DNA of 64,000 nt. It comes from Gemmatimonadales bacterium. Its GTDB lineage: Bacteria > Gemmatimonadota > Gemmatimonadetes > Gemmatimonadales > GWC2-71-9. The notes beneath the pieces were generated by a model. The model did not search any database. It was not told the origin of the DNA and worked only from the letters and a program-made list of their open reading frames with translations. This document shows positions 46,445 through 55,723 of this stretch, piece by piece. A program made the position numbers and the translations under genes. The stretch is from the NCBI GenBank assembly GCA_036397755.1, contig DASWII010000024.1:9957-73956 (forward strand), read 5' to 3'. Numbering within the stretch: position 1 is the stretch's first letter; each line of letters starts with the position of its first letter.

Positions 46445-47136
46445 CCGGAGCCGCGCGGGGCATCGGCCGCGCCATCGCCACCGCCCTGGCGGAGGACGCG
46501 TGGGTGGCGGGACTCGATCTGTCCTTTCCGGACGGGGGCGACTGGCTCGGTCGGGCAATCGAGGCGAACGTCGCCGACCCCGAAGCCGTGCAGCGTGCGG
46601 TGCACTCCGTGCGCGTCGAGCGTGACGGCATCGACATCGTCGTCTGCGCCGCGGGGATTATTCAAGACCACATCAGTTGGAAGATGGACGACAAGGCCTG
46701 GCATACCGTCCTCGACGTGAATCTCTCCGGGACGTTCTACACGGTGCGCGCCGCCGCGCCGGCGCTGCGACAGTCGTCCGCCGGCCGGGTCGTACTCATC
46801 AGCTCCATCAATGGCCTGCGCGGACGCCTGGGACAGGCCAATTATGCGGCGTCCAAGGCGGGCGTGATCGGGCTCGGCAAGACGCTGGCCGCCGAGTTTG
46901 CGCGTGACGGCGTGACGGTCAACGTGATCGCCCCGGGATACATCGACACGCGGATGACCAAGAATCTCCCGGCCGCGGTGCGGGAGCAGGCGGTCGCGCG
47001 CACCCCGCTCGGCCGCATGGGCCAACCTGAAGACGTCGCACACCTCGCGGTCTTCCTCACGAGCGAACGCGCCGGGTTCATCACAGGAACCGTGATTCCG
47101 GTCGACGGAGGACAGCTGTTGGGGGGCGCGGTATGA
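46423..47136 (+). CDS. Short-chain dehydrogenase/reductase (FabG-like 3-oxoacyl reductase)
   Basis: ALVTGAARGIGRAIA and the catalytic YAASKAGVIGL. Encoded in the tail of the listed ORF 45676-47136. The start overlaps the oah 3' end by 22 nt. Confidence 0.85.
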   Translation: MRRTALVTGAARGIGRAIATALAEDAWVAGLDLSFPDGGDWLGRAIEANVADPEAVQRAVHSVRVERDGIDIVVCAAGIIQDHISWKMDDKAWHTVLDVNLSGTFYTVRAAAPALRQSSAGRVVLISSINGLRGRLGQANYAASKAGVIGLGKTLAAEFARDGVTVNVIAPGYIDTRMTKNLPAAVREQAVARTPLGRMGQPEDVAHLAVFLTSERAGFITGTVIPVDGGQLLGGAV

Positions 47137-47897
47137 GTGGGGCGCTCGTGCATACCTCGGAGTCCGACGGGATCGGACGCATCACCCTCGATCATCCGCC
47201 GCTCAACATCCTGACGCGCGCCGTGCTCGGCGAATTCCGCGGAGGCCTGGAGCGACTGCGCGGTGATACCACGTTGCGCGTGATCATCGTGGACGCGGCG
47301 GGCAAGCACTTCTCCGCCGGCGCCGACGTCGGCGAGCACGTCCCGCCCGAATGCGACGAGATGATTCCGGAGTTCGTGGCGACGATCCGCGCGCTCTATG
47401 AGTTTCCGACCCCGACCATCGTGGCGGTGCACGGCAAGTGCCTGGGCGGTGGCTGCGAACTCGCGCTCGCGGGCGACCTTGTCGTCGCCACGGACGCCGC
47501 GGTGTTCGGCCAGCCCGAGATCTTGCTCGGCGTGCTGCCGCCCGCGGCGTGTGCACTGCTCCCCGGCCGCGTGCCTGCCGCCGTCGCCGCGGAGCTGGTG
47601 TTGACCGGAGATCCGATGACGGCACCTGACCTCCATCGGGCCGGTCTCGTGAACCGTGTCGTGCCGCCCGACGACCTGGAGGCCGCCGCACTCGCCCTGG
47701 CGCGGCGCATCGCCCGACACAGCGCCGCCTCCGTGCGCGCGGGCAAGCGCATGCTCCACAGTGGCGTGGACGACCGCGGCGCCGCGCTGGAGCGGGCCGG
47801 ACAGCTATACCTGAACGACCTGATGCAAACGGACGATGCCCGCGAGGGACTCCGGGCGTTTCTCGAGAAACGTGCACCCGCCTGGAGCCACCGGTGA
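47133..47897 (+). CDS. dch: Enoyl-CoA hydratase, cyclohexa-1,5-diene-1-carbonyl-CoA hydratase (Dch)-like
   Basis: FSAGADVGEHVPPECDEMI, GKCLGGGCELALAGD, FGQPEILLGV and the C-terminal EGLRAFLEKRAPAWSHR closely track my memory of Thauera Dch. ATGA overlap with the SDR stop. Confidence 0.75.
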   Translation: MSGALVHTSESDGIGRITLDHPPLNILTRAVLGEFRGGLERLRGDTTLRVIIVDAAGKHFSAGADVGEHVPPECDEMIPEFVATIRALYEFPTPTIVAVHGKCLGGGCELALAGDLVVATDAAVFGQPEILLGVLPPAACALLPGRVPAAVAAELVLTGDPMTAPDLHRAGLVNRVVPPDDLEAAALALARRIARHSAASVRAGKRMLHSGVDDRGAALERAGQLYLNDLMQTDDAREGLRAFLEKRAPAWSHR

Positions 47898-47904
47898 GCG
47901 CGCG

Positions 47905-49074
47905 ATGGTGACCGAGCCCCTCTTCCCGGCCTGGCGCGACACCGCGCTCGACGAAACGCTGTACGAGTGCCGTGAACTCCTAGAGGATACGGGGTTCCCG
48001 ACGGTCGCGCGCTGGCGCGAGCGCGGCGGCAAGGTGCTGGGACACTTCCAGGTCTACTTCCCGGAGGAGATCGCGCACGCCGCCGGGATGCTCCCGGTGA
48101 AGTTGCGTGGAGCCCCCGTCGAGCCGGCTCGCGCGGACTCGCTGTTCGGATCCTACTTGTGCTCCATCCTCAAGACGTCGCTCGAGATCGCGCTCTCGAA
48201 CAAGATCGTGCTCGACATGTTCGTGACGCACCCGATCTGCGATGCGGCGCGAAACCTCGCGGGGATCTGGGGACGAAACTTCGCGTACCCCTGTGAGATC
48301 CTGTATTTGCCCCAGAACGCGAACTCCGGTCACACCACCACCTACCTCCGCGGTGAGTACGACCGCTTGCGGCGGCGTATCGAGGAGGTGGCCGGCGCCG
48401 CCGTGACCGATGACGCGCTGCGCGCGTCCACCGAGATCTACAACACCAATCGCGCGCTGCTGCGCGACCTGTACGCGTTGAAGCGCACGGCGCCTTGGCT
48501 GGTCACGGCGGACGAGGCGTACGTCCTGATGGCCGTGGGCAGCGTGCTCCCTCGTGAGGAACACAACGCGCTCCTCGCCGCCACGCTGCCGCGGCTCGCC
48601 GCCCGAAACGCCAAACCGCAGGACCGCGTCCGCGTGGTGTTCGAGGGTGGCTTCTGCGAGCAACCTCCGCTGGACTTGATTCGTGTGCTGGGACGGTCGT
48701 GCTACGTGGTCGACGACGACTTCCTGATCGGCCTCCGCTGGCTCACCGACGACGTGCCGCTCGACGGCGACGCGCTGGCTAATCTCGCGGAGGCCTACGT
48801 CCATCGGTCGTCGTACAGTCCCGTCCAGCACGACCTGCGGAAGAGGAAAGAGGACATGCTGCTCGAACGCATTCGCGCGTCCGGGGCGCAGGCGGCGGTC
48901 GTGACGGCGGCGAAGATGTGCGAGCCGGGACTCGAGGAGCAGGTGACGTACACCCGCACCCTGGACGCCGCGGGGATTCCGTACTTCGTGAGCGAGTTCG
49001 AGGAGAACATGACCAGTTTCGACCATCTCGAGATACAGCTCGAGACGTTCGTCGAAAACCTGTTGTTTGAGTGA
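47905..49074 (+). CDS. 2-hydroxyacyl-CoA dehydratase family protein, benzoyl-CoA reductase subunit C (BcrC/BzdN)-like
   Basis: 389 aa from Met24 of the listed ORF. GKVLGHFQVYFPEEIAHAAGMLPV is typical of the HgdB/BcrC family. Confidence 0.75.
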   Translation: MVTEPLFPAWRDTALDETLYECRELLEDTGFPTVARWRERGGKVLGHFQVYFPEEIAHAAGMLPVKLRGAPVEPARADSLFGSYLCSILKTSLEIALSNKIVLDMFVTHPICDAARNLAGIWGRNFAYPCEILYLPQNANSGHTTTYLRGEYDRLRRRIEEVAGAAVTDDALRASTEIYNTNRALLRDLYALKRTAPWLVTADEAYVLMAVGSVLPREEHNALLAATLPRLAARNAKPQDRVRVVFEGGFCEQPPLDLIRVLGRSCYVVDDDFLIGLRWLTDDVPLDGDALANLAEAYVHRSSYSPVQHDLRKRKEDMLLERIRASGAQAAVVTAAKMCEPGLEEQVTYTRTLDAAGIPYFVSEFEENMTSFDHLEIQLETFVENLLFE

Positions 49075-50386
49075 GGGAATCGTGAACGGAGCACGCGACA
49101 CCCACGAACTCGTCGGCCGCGGCAACCAGGCGGGCGCTCAGCTGTTCCGCGACTGGTTCGACGAGTTGAACGCCGCCGCCGCGGAGGATCGGCGTGGCGC
49201 GTACGTGTTCGTCATGGGGAGTCTGGCCGAACTGTTGCGCGTGTTCGACTTCCCCCTCGTCTTCCCGGAGATCAACTCGCTGCAGACCGCGGTACGCCGC
49301 GTGGCGCACGAATACCTGAACGAAGCGGAGGACTACGGCTACTCTCCGGACATCTGCGGCTATGTGAAAGCCGACGTGGCGGTCCAGTTGCGTCACGGGG
49401 CGCACCCGATGGGCCAGATCCCCAAGCCCGCACTCGCCGTCTATACGAATGCCTGCAATACCTACATCAAGTGGGCCGAGATCTGGGAACGGATGTACGA
49501 CATCCCCATCTTCACGCTGGATGTCCCCGGGACACGCGGGGCGGGGCGACAGACGTGGCCGGGGCACGTCGACTTCGAGAACGATCGCCGGTATGTGCGC
49601 GCCCAGCTCGGGGAGCTGATCACCCTGTGCGAGCGTGTGTCCGGCAAGCGCTTCGACATCGACCGGTTGCGCGAGTGCCTGATGCATGCGAACGCCATGC
49701 ACCAGTCGTGGCAACGTCTGCTCGAACTCAACCGGGCACGACCGTCGGTGTTCAACGCGTTGTCAGACGGGACGATTTACCTCGGCGTGTCGAACGGGTT
49801 CCGCGGCACGGCCGCGGGCGCGACGTACTTCCGCGACCTCGTGGAGGAAATGGAGTACAAGGTCGCCCACGGAATCGGGACGCTCACGGAGGAACAGTAT
49901 CGGCTGCTCTTCGTCGGGGTGCCCTGCTACCCGATCTTCCGGCGGTTCAACGAGTTGTTCACGGAGTGGGGTGGAACGTTCGTGAACTCCACGTATTTGT
50001 GGTTCGCCTCCGGCGGATCCAACGTGGGATTCCAATACGACCTCGCGAGCCCGCTCGACAGCCTTGCCGAAGGGGTGCTGGTGAACGTGCGCGACGCGAT
50101 GGACAGCATGTTCTTTCAGGATCGCATCCTCGCCCAGATGATCGACGACTTCAGCGCGGACGGGATCGTATATCACCCCATCAAGAGTTGCCGCACCGTG
50201 TCCACCGGCCTGGCGGACAACCGGCGCGCCCTGATGCAGCAGCGGGACATCCCGAGCCTGTTCATCGAGTCCGACATGATGGATCGCCGGGTCGTCTCGG
50301 AGGCCCAGCTGAAGAATCGGGCGGACGCGTTCTTCGAGGGCCTCGGCGCTCGCCGCCACCAAGCCGCCACCCTCCCGGCCACGTAG
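49067..50386 (+). CDS. 2-hydroxyacyl-CoA dehydratase family protein, benzoyl-CoA reductase subunit B (BcrB/BzdO)-like
   Basis: 439 aa. [23 protein letters not shown] and [10 protein letters not shown] are Cys-containing motifs of the HgdA/BcrB family. TTG start at 49067 (8-nt overlap) or GTG at 49082. Confidence 0.75.
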   Translation: MSEGIVNGARDTHELVGRGNQAGAQLFRDWFDELNAAAAEDRRGAYVFVMGSLAELLRVFDFPLVFPEINSLQTAVRRVAHEYLNEAEDYGYSPDICGYVKADVAVQLRHGAHPMGQIPKPALAVYTNACNTYIKWAEIWERMYDIPIFTLDVPGTRGAGRQTWPGHVDFENDRRYVRAQLGELITLCERVSGKRFDIDRLRECLMHANAMHQSWQRLLELNRARPSVFNALSDGTIYLGVSNGFRGTAAGATYFRDLVEEMEYKVAHGIGTLTEEQYRLLFVGVPCYPIFRRFNELFTEWGGTFVNSTYLWFASGGSNVGFQYDLASPLDSLAEGVLVNVRDAMDSMFFQDRILAQMIDDFSADGIVYHPIKSCRTVSTGLADNRRALMQQRDIPSLFIESDMMDRRVVSEAQLKNRADAFFEGLGARRHQAATLPAT

Positions 50387-50396
50387 GAGAGCTCGC

Positions 50397-51212
50397 ATGG
50401 CGTATGCAGCCGGTGTCGACGTCGGTTCGACGCAGACGAAGGCCGTCATCATCGACGAGGCGCGCACGATCGTCGCGCGATCGCTCACCGACACGGGCGC
50501 CAACGTGATTCGCGCGGCGGAGCAGGCCTACCAGGAAGCGCTCCACGCCGGCCGACTCCAGGAGGAGGAAGTCGAGTATGTCATCGGCACGGGCTACGGG
50601 CGCTACAAGGTGACCTTCGGGAACTCACAGGTCACCGAGATCAGCTGTCACGCCCGCGGTTCCGTGCACATGTTCCCGAAGACCCGCACCGTGGTCGACA
50701 TGGGCGGCCAGGACACGAAGGCCATCCGGGTGTCACCGTCCGGCGAGATCGTCGACTTCTGCATGAACGACAAGTGCGCGGCCGGCACCGGGCGGTTTCT
50801 CGGGGCCGCCTCCAGCGCGCTCGACATCGAGTTGGGCTCGCTGGGTCCGACCGCGCTCCGCGGCGAACGCCCCGTGAGGATCAGCACCACGTGCACCGTG
50901 TTCGCCGAGTCCGAGGTGCTGTCGTGGCTTGGGAAGGGCAAGAAGATCGAAGACATTCTACTCGGCGTCCATCAGTCCATCGCCGCCCGTTCCATCGGCC
51001 TGCTGCGTCGTGTCGGCATCGAAGATCAGGTGACGTTCACCGGCGGCGTCGCGCGCAATGTGGCGATGGTGAGCTGCCTCAACGCGCGGCTCGAGCAGCC
51101 GGTCAACGTGAGCGACGACTCGCACTTCATGGGAGCGCTCGGCGCGGCGCTGTTCGCGCTCGATCGGATCGTGACCAGCCGATCACCCGTCGCGGCCGGA
51201 GGTGCCCAATGA
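50397..51212 (+). CDS. BadF/BadG/BcrA/BcrD-type ATPase (reductase electron-activating subunit 1)
   Basis: ASKHA fold: [24 protein letters not shown], and cluster-bridging cysteines in [11 protein letters not shown] and TCTVFAESE. Confidence 0.85.
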   Translation: MAYAAGVDVGSTQTKAVIIDEARTIVARSLTDTGANVIRAAEQAYQEALHAGRLQEEEVEYVIGTGYGRYKVTFGNSQVTEISCHARGSVHMFPKTRTVVDMGGQDTKAIRVSPSGEIVDFCMNDKCAAGTGRFLGAASSALDIELGSLGPTALRGERPVRISTTCTVFAESEVLSWLGKGKKIEDILLGVHQSIAARSIGLLRRVGIEDQVTFTGGVARNVAMVSCLNARLEQPVNVSDDSHFMGALGAALFALDRIVTSRSPVAAGGAQ

Positions 51213-52030
51213 CGTACACGGCGGGCATCGACATCGGTTCGACCTATACGAAAGCACTCATCCTCGACGAGGAACGCGCCATCGTCGGGCAGAGCATGCG
51301 ACCGACCGGATTCAAGCTCGACACCGTGTCCCAGACCGTCCTGCACGAGGCCCTGGATCGGGCGGGTCTCCAACGCGGTGACGTCGCCTACGTGGTGGCC
51401 ACCGGCTTCGGCCGGCACCAGGCCTCGGACGCCGACACATCCGTGACCGATCTGACGGCGGCCGCCCGAGGCGTGACCCACCTCTTCCCCAACACCCGGA
51501 CGATTCTCGACGTCGGCGGCCAAACGATGAAGGCGAGCCGTCTCGAGAATGGGTGGAAGGTCAAGTCGTTCCGACTCAACGACAAGTGCGCAGCCGGCAC
51601 CGGCGCGTTTCTGGAGAAGACCGCGCGGTACATGGGCTATACGACCCTGGAGATCGGTCCGCTCGTGACGACGTCGAAGGAAGCGATTCCCATCTCGGGC
51701 GTCTGCGCGGTCTTTGCGGAATCCGAAGTCATCAACCACCTGTCACAAGGTGTCTCGCCCGCCGACATCATGCATGGAGCCATGGTCTCCCTGGTGGGTC
51801 GGTCCGTGCAGTTGATGAAGCGTGTCCGCATGGAACCGGAATACACGCTCGTCGGCGGGATTTTGCGATTCGAGAAGATGAAGGAAGCGGTCGAGGAGCA
51901 GATCGGCGCCGGCGTGAACGTGCCTCCGCCCGATCAAGTGCAGTTCAGCGCCGCGCTCGGCGCCGCATTGCTGGGATTCCAGCGCGTGGGTCACAAGAGC
52001 GCCGGTGCGGCGCCGGGAGCAACGGTGTGA
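51209..52030 (+). CDS. BadF/BadG/BcrA/BcrD-type ATPase (reductase electron-activating subunit 2)
   Basis: The ATG at 51209 overlaps the previous stop (ATGA). [35 protein letters not shown] and VCAVFAESE. It is a distinct paralog of the preceding gene. Confidence 0.85.
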   Translation: MTYTAGIDIGSTYTKALILDEERAIVGQSMRPTGFKLDTVSQTVLHEALDRAGLQRGDVAYVVATGFGRHQASDADTSVTDLTAAARGVTHLFPNTRTILDVGGQTMKASRLENGWKVKSFRLNDKCAAGTGAFLEKTARYMGYTTLEIGPLVTTSKEAIPISGVCAVFAESEVINHLSQGVSPADIMHGAMVSLVGRSVQLMKRVRMEPEYTLVGGILRFEKMKEAVEEQIGAGVNVPPPDQVQFSAALGAALLGFQRVGHKSAGAAPGATV

Positions 52031-52347
52031 TCGAGCCCGATCCGCGGCTGCTCGGGTCCATCGTGGAGCAGGAGGCGCAACGCACCCTGTCGGAGGCCGA
52101 CCTGCAACCGGACCCGGCGCGGGTCGCCGCAGGGTGGACGCGTCGCTTCATCACCGATCGCACGCGGCTCGATGAGGTGCGAGCTCTCTACGAGGAATTG
52201 GGATTCGTCGTTGAGGTCGATTCCGTGCGGTCGACCCAGGTGGGAAAGGACTGCGAGGACTGCTACCTCGTGGCGCTCGAACGGTTCGTCACGGTGTACA
52301 CGCGGCGGCGCGAAGTACACGGGCCGACGACGGGAGGTGGGGAATGA
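52027..52347 (+). CDS. Small conserved-looking hypothetical protein with a CEDC (CxxC) motif
   Basis: The GTG at 52027 forms a GTGA overlap with the ATPase stop, and the stop overlaps the next ATG (ATGA). 106 aa: VIEPDPRLL...AAGWTRRFITDRTRLDEVRALYEELGFVVEV...GKDCEDCYLVALERFVTVYTRRR. Confidence 0.55.
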   Translation: MIEPDPRLLGSIVEQEAQRTLSEADLQPDPARVAAGWTRRFITDRTRLDEVRALYEELGFVVEVDSVRSTQVGKDCEDCYLVALERFVTVYTRRREVHGPTTGGGE

Positions 52348-53366
52348 AAGCAGCAGTATTCCATGGGCCGGATCGTCCACTCGAAGTCACCGACGTTCCG
52401 ACCCCCGAACCGGATCGCCACGAGGTGCTCGTCCGCGTCGCGGGCTGCGGGATGTGTCATACGGACTTGCACTACATCGATCACGGCGTCCAGACCTTCA
52501 AGTCCCCGCCGATCATCCTCGGTCACGAGGCCGCCGGCACAATTGCCGAGTTGGGCGAGGCTGTGACGGGGTGGGCTGAGGGAGACCGCGTACTCATCCC
52601 CGCCGTGCTGTCGTGCGGCCGGTGTCCCTACTGTCGGGAGGGGCGCGAGAACCTGTGCGACAACTTGCGCATGCTCGGCAACCACATGGACGGAGCGTAC
52701 GCGGAGTTCGTCCGCGTGCCGGCGGATGAGTTGATCCGCGTGCCGGCAAGTCTGCCACTCGAGAAGGCATGCGTGGTGGCCGACGCGCTCTCGACGCCCT
52801 ACCACGCCGTCACCCGCAGGGCGCGCGTGCGCGCCGGCGAACAGGTGGCGGTCGTCGGGTGCGGGGGCGTCGGACTCAATGTGGTACAGTGCGCGGTGGC
52901 GGTGGGTGCGACGGTCACCGCCATCGACGTCAACGAGGCCCGGCTCGAGATCGCGCGGGAACTCGGAGCCAGCGAAACGATCAACCCCAAGGACCACGAG
53001 CGCCTGGACAAGGTGGTACGGAAGCGCACGGACGGTGGCGTGTCAGTCGCGTTCGAGGCCATCGGGTCGCCCGCCACCATCCGTCTGGCCTTCAACCTGT
53101 TGCGTCGGGGCGGACGCCTGTGCGTGATCGGATTCTCTCACGAAGAGGTGAGCCTTGCCGCCGGCAAGATCATGTTCTACGAACTCGAGGTCATCGGCAG
53201 CCTGGGGTGTGGCGGCGGCACCTACCCGGAGATCCTGAGCCTCCTTCAAGCAGGCCGGCTCCAACTGGACCCCGTGGTCTCGGGCTCGATCGAACTGGAC
53301 AATATCAACACGGGGTTCGACCGGCTGCGTCGGGGCGAGGGAGTGCGCTGGGTCGTGACGCCGTAG
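52344..53366 (+). CDS. had: Zn-dependent alcohol dehydrogenase family, 6-hydroxycyclohex-1-ene-1-carbonyl-CoA dehydrogenase (Had)-like
   Basis: GCGMCHTDLHY, GHEAAGTIAELG, structural-Zn CGRCPYCREGRENLC and Rossmann VVGCGGVGLN. The Had assignment rests on operon context. Confidence 0.8.
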   Translation: MKAAVFHGPDRPLEVTDVPTPEPDRHEVLVRVAGCGMCHTDLHYIDHGVQTFKSPPIILGHEAAGTIAELGEAVTGWAEGDRVLIPAVLSCGRCPYCREGRENLCDNLRMLGNHMDGAYAEFVRVPADELIRVPASLPLEKACVVADALSTPYHAVTRRARVRAGEQVAVVGCGGVGLNVVQCAVAVGATVTAIDVNEARLEIARELGASETINPKDHERLDKVVRKRTDGGVSVAFEAIGSPATIRLAFNLLRRGGRLCVIGFSHEEVSLAAGKIMFYELEVIGSLGCGGGTYPEILSLLQAGRLQLDPVVSGSIELDNINTGFDRLRRGEGVRWVVTP

Positions 53367-53573
53367 CTTCCCACTCCATCCCTTCGTTCACCGCACCTTC
53401 ACGAAGGGTTCAGACGTCAGGCGGGATATTGGCGCAAGAACAGGGCGCGCCAGCCCGGTACCGCACGGTTCGGGTTCGCCAGCGAGGGGGGCGATTGACT
53501 CCTACCTTTGAGTCATCGTGGCGCGACCTGTTCTTTTGCATGCCTGCCGGCCGCGTTCACCGGACCGATAATC

Positions 53574-54878
53574 TCATCCGCCGCAGTCGCCTGCCGTACG
53601 CGGACCCGGCGTCTCGGTCACACGCACCCGATAACGCCCCGTCTGCCCAGGCAGGGTGGTGTTGACTACGATGCGATAGCGACCCGCGCCGGGGGATGGC
53701 AGGGTGACCCGGGAGTCACAGGCCCCCGCCCCATCATCGTCACGCCAGATCTCTCCGTCCGGCGCCACGACGAACAAGAAGGCGTCGAAATCATCCGACA
53801 GCACGTCGACCGTCACGCTGGGTACGCCTCCGCGAAGCTGCAGTTCCCACGCCTGCACCCACGAGCCGTCGGGGCCCCCGGCATCCGCCGTGCTCAACTC
53901 CCCACCGTGCTCGCGGCCCAGCTCAAGCATTCGCCCCGCGACCGGCAAATCGTTCAACCAGTCGCTCGAAATGTCGGCGCAGTCACCTTCCATGGTGGGA
54001 CCAGGCGTGGTCGTCACGCGCAGTCGAAAACGCCCCACCGCTCCTTCACCGATGCTGTTGGCCACCACGCGGTAGGTGCCCGACGCGCCGGCGGTAAAGT
54101 CAATTCGGGCGTAGCACCCGCCTGCCCCGTCATCGTCGTATAGAGGATCCTCCATTCCCGGCCCAATGAACATCAGGAACGGGTCGAACGCCTCGGAGAG
54201 CAAATCAATGACGACGCGATCACCGACGTTCAAGTTGAGCGCCCACGCCTGCACATGCGATCCGTCCCCCGAAACGCTGTCGCCCTCGGAGAGCGCGCCC
54301 GGGAACTCCTGGCCGACACGGAGCGACCGTCCGTCGGTGGGCAGCGACCGGAGCCACTCGACGTTGACTCCCGCGAACGCGTCGGGGTCCTCCAACCCAT
54401 CGCCGCGGCAGCTCCCCTCGGTGATCGGACCCGGCTCCGTACTGACCCGCACGCGGAACCGCCCCACCGACTCGACCGCGATGGTGTTCACCACCACGCG
54501 ATAGAGTCCGGTCTCGGGCGCCTCGAACGTGAGCCGCGCGTCGCAGGCACCTGCACCGTCATCGTCCGAGAGATGTTCGTCGAACCCCGGACCGCCGATC
54601 AGCAGGTAGGAATCGAAATCGTCCGACAACAGGTCGACCGTCACCGATTGCCCGCGCTGCAACTCGATCCCCCACGCCTGCGCGTAGGTCCCGTCCACCC
54701 ATTTCGCGTCCTCGGCCGTCAGCGTTCCCGCCGCCTCCGACCCAATCGTGAGCCGGCGGTTCTGCAACGAAAGCCGACCGATCTCGTCCAAGCCTTGGGC
54801 GCGGGCGCTTGCCGGAACCATCGTCAGCAACGCCAGAACACTCCACCGGAGCCCGGTCCGCATGCGCACGTGCCGCAT
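53574..54878 (-). CDS. Secreted protein built of three tandem ~130-aa PPC-like repeats
   Basis: Starts at Met234 (54878) or Met239 (54863) of the listed 667-aa ORF, giving signal peptide MRTGLRWSVLALLTMVPASARAQ. Three repeats share G.L...D......QAW...L..G..V.(V/I)D(L/V)LS..FD..L.......DDDGAG.C..R......G.YR(V/I)V.N......GR(F/Y)R(V/L)RV...PGP...G.C. Confidence 0.75.
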   Translation of the reverse strand: MRHVRMRTGLRWSVLALLTMVPASARAQGLDEIGRLSLQNRRLTIGSEAAGTLTAEDAKWVDGTYAQAWGIELQRGQSVTVDLLSDDFDSYLLIGGPGFDEHLSDDDGAGACDARLTFEAPETGLYRVVVNTIAVESVGRFRVRVSTEPGPITEGSCRGDGLEDPDAFAGVNVEWLRSLPTDGRSLRVGQEFPGALSEGDSVSGDGSHVQAWALNLNVGDRVVIDLLSEAFDPFLMFIGPGMEDPLYDDDGAGGCYARIDFTAGASGTYRVVANSIGEGAVGRFRLRVTTTPGPTMEGDCADISSDWLNDLPVAGRMLELGREHGGELSTADAGGPDGSWVQAWELQLRGGVPSVTVDVLSDDFDAFLFVVAPDGEIWRDDDGAGACDSRVTLPSPGAGRYRIVVNTTLPGQTGRYRVRVTETPGPRTAGDCGG

Positions 54879-54979
54879 CCCGCGTTTGAGGTAAGTGAGT
54901 CGACGAATCACCCGGTTCAAAGGTGGCGCCCCGCCAAACGGCTGGCAAGCTCGCTCACTTGAGGCGAAGTTCCCCTTCG

Positions 54980-55723
54980 ATGATCCAGCTTCTCGGCCTT
55001 GGCCTCGCGTGTCTGACGCCGGCCGCCGGCGCACCACCGGCGGACCCGCTGCGAATCGCCGTGGCCGCCAGCTTTGCGGAAGCGGCGGAGGCGCTCGGCG
55101 CGGCATACCGCGCCGCGACGGGGAGAGAGGTGGTAGTGGTCTCGGCCGCCACCGGCCTGCTGTACGCTCAGATCGCGCATGGCGCCCCCTTCGACATTCT
55201 CCTCGCGGCCGATACCACACGACCGGCTGCGCTCGAGCAATCCGGGAGAGCCGTGGCAGGATCACGCCGGCCGTATGCCGTCGGACGCCTGGCGCTGTGG
55301 AGCGCGAGCATGACAGTCCAAGACAGCAGTCCCCTGTTCGATCCATCCGTGGGGCGCATTGCGATCGCCAAACCTGAGACGGCACCCTACGGCGCCGCCG
55401 CCCACCAAGTCCTCGAGCGGATCGGGGCACCGAAGGCGCTGGCCACGCGCGCCGTGCGAGGGGAGAACGTGTCGCAGACGTATCAGGTGGTGCGAAGTCG
55501 CGGTGTGGCACTGGGGTTCGTGACCCGGGCCGCGGTCCGCCAGGAGCCCGCCGGGTCGCAATGGCTCGTGCCGGCACACTTGCACGACCCGCTGGTTCAT
55601 GAAGCCGTTCTCCTCCGTCACGCCGAACGCGACGCGGACGCCCGCGCCTTCCTGGACTTTCTGCGTAGCGATGCGGCGCGGGCCGTCATCCGCGCTCAGG
55701 GCTACGATGTGCCCGCGCCATGA
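54980..55723 (+). CDS. modA: Molybdate ABC transporter substrate-binding protein ModA
   Basis: LRIAVAASF...AATGLLYAQIAHGAPFDILLAAD...IAIAKPETAPYGAAA. Alternative GTG start at 54923. Confidence 0.88.
   Translation: MIQLLGLGLACLTPAAGAPPADPLRIAVAASFAEAAEALGAAYRAATGREVVVVSAATGLLYAQIAHGAPFDILLAADTTRPAALEQSGRAVAGSRRPYAVGRLALWSASMTVQDSSPLFDPSVGRIAIAKPETAPYGAAAHQVLERIGAPKALATRAVRGENVSQTYQVVRSRGVALGFVTRAAVRQEPAGSQWLVPAHLHDPLVHEAVLLRHAERDADARAFLDFLRSDAARAVIRAQGYDVPAP

Noticed and set aside
54893-54960. A stem (AAGTGAG ... CTCACTT) upstream of modA, considered as a Moco riboswitch or ModE site. The MOSC leader (24420-24544) was considered likewise.
   Set aside because: I could not find the conserved Moco-motif elements as I remember them. 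If modA starts at the alternative GTG at 54923, the structure lies inside coding sequence. Only a covariance-model scan could revive this.
54879-55577. The long N-terminal extension of the 667-aa ORF (53574-55577), and similar extensions on ORFs 38186-39817, 36942-38552, 18438-19748, 4022-6199 and 45290-46444.
   Set aside because: The extensions are Arg/Pro-rich nonsense. They overlap well-supported neighbouring genes such as modA. Internal Met or GTG codons give proper signal peptides, lipoboxes or family-typical N-termini, often with 4-nt start/stop coupling.
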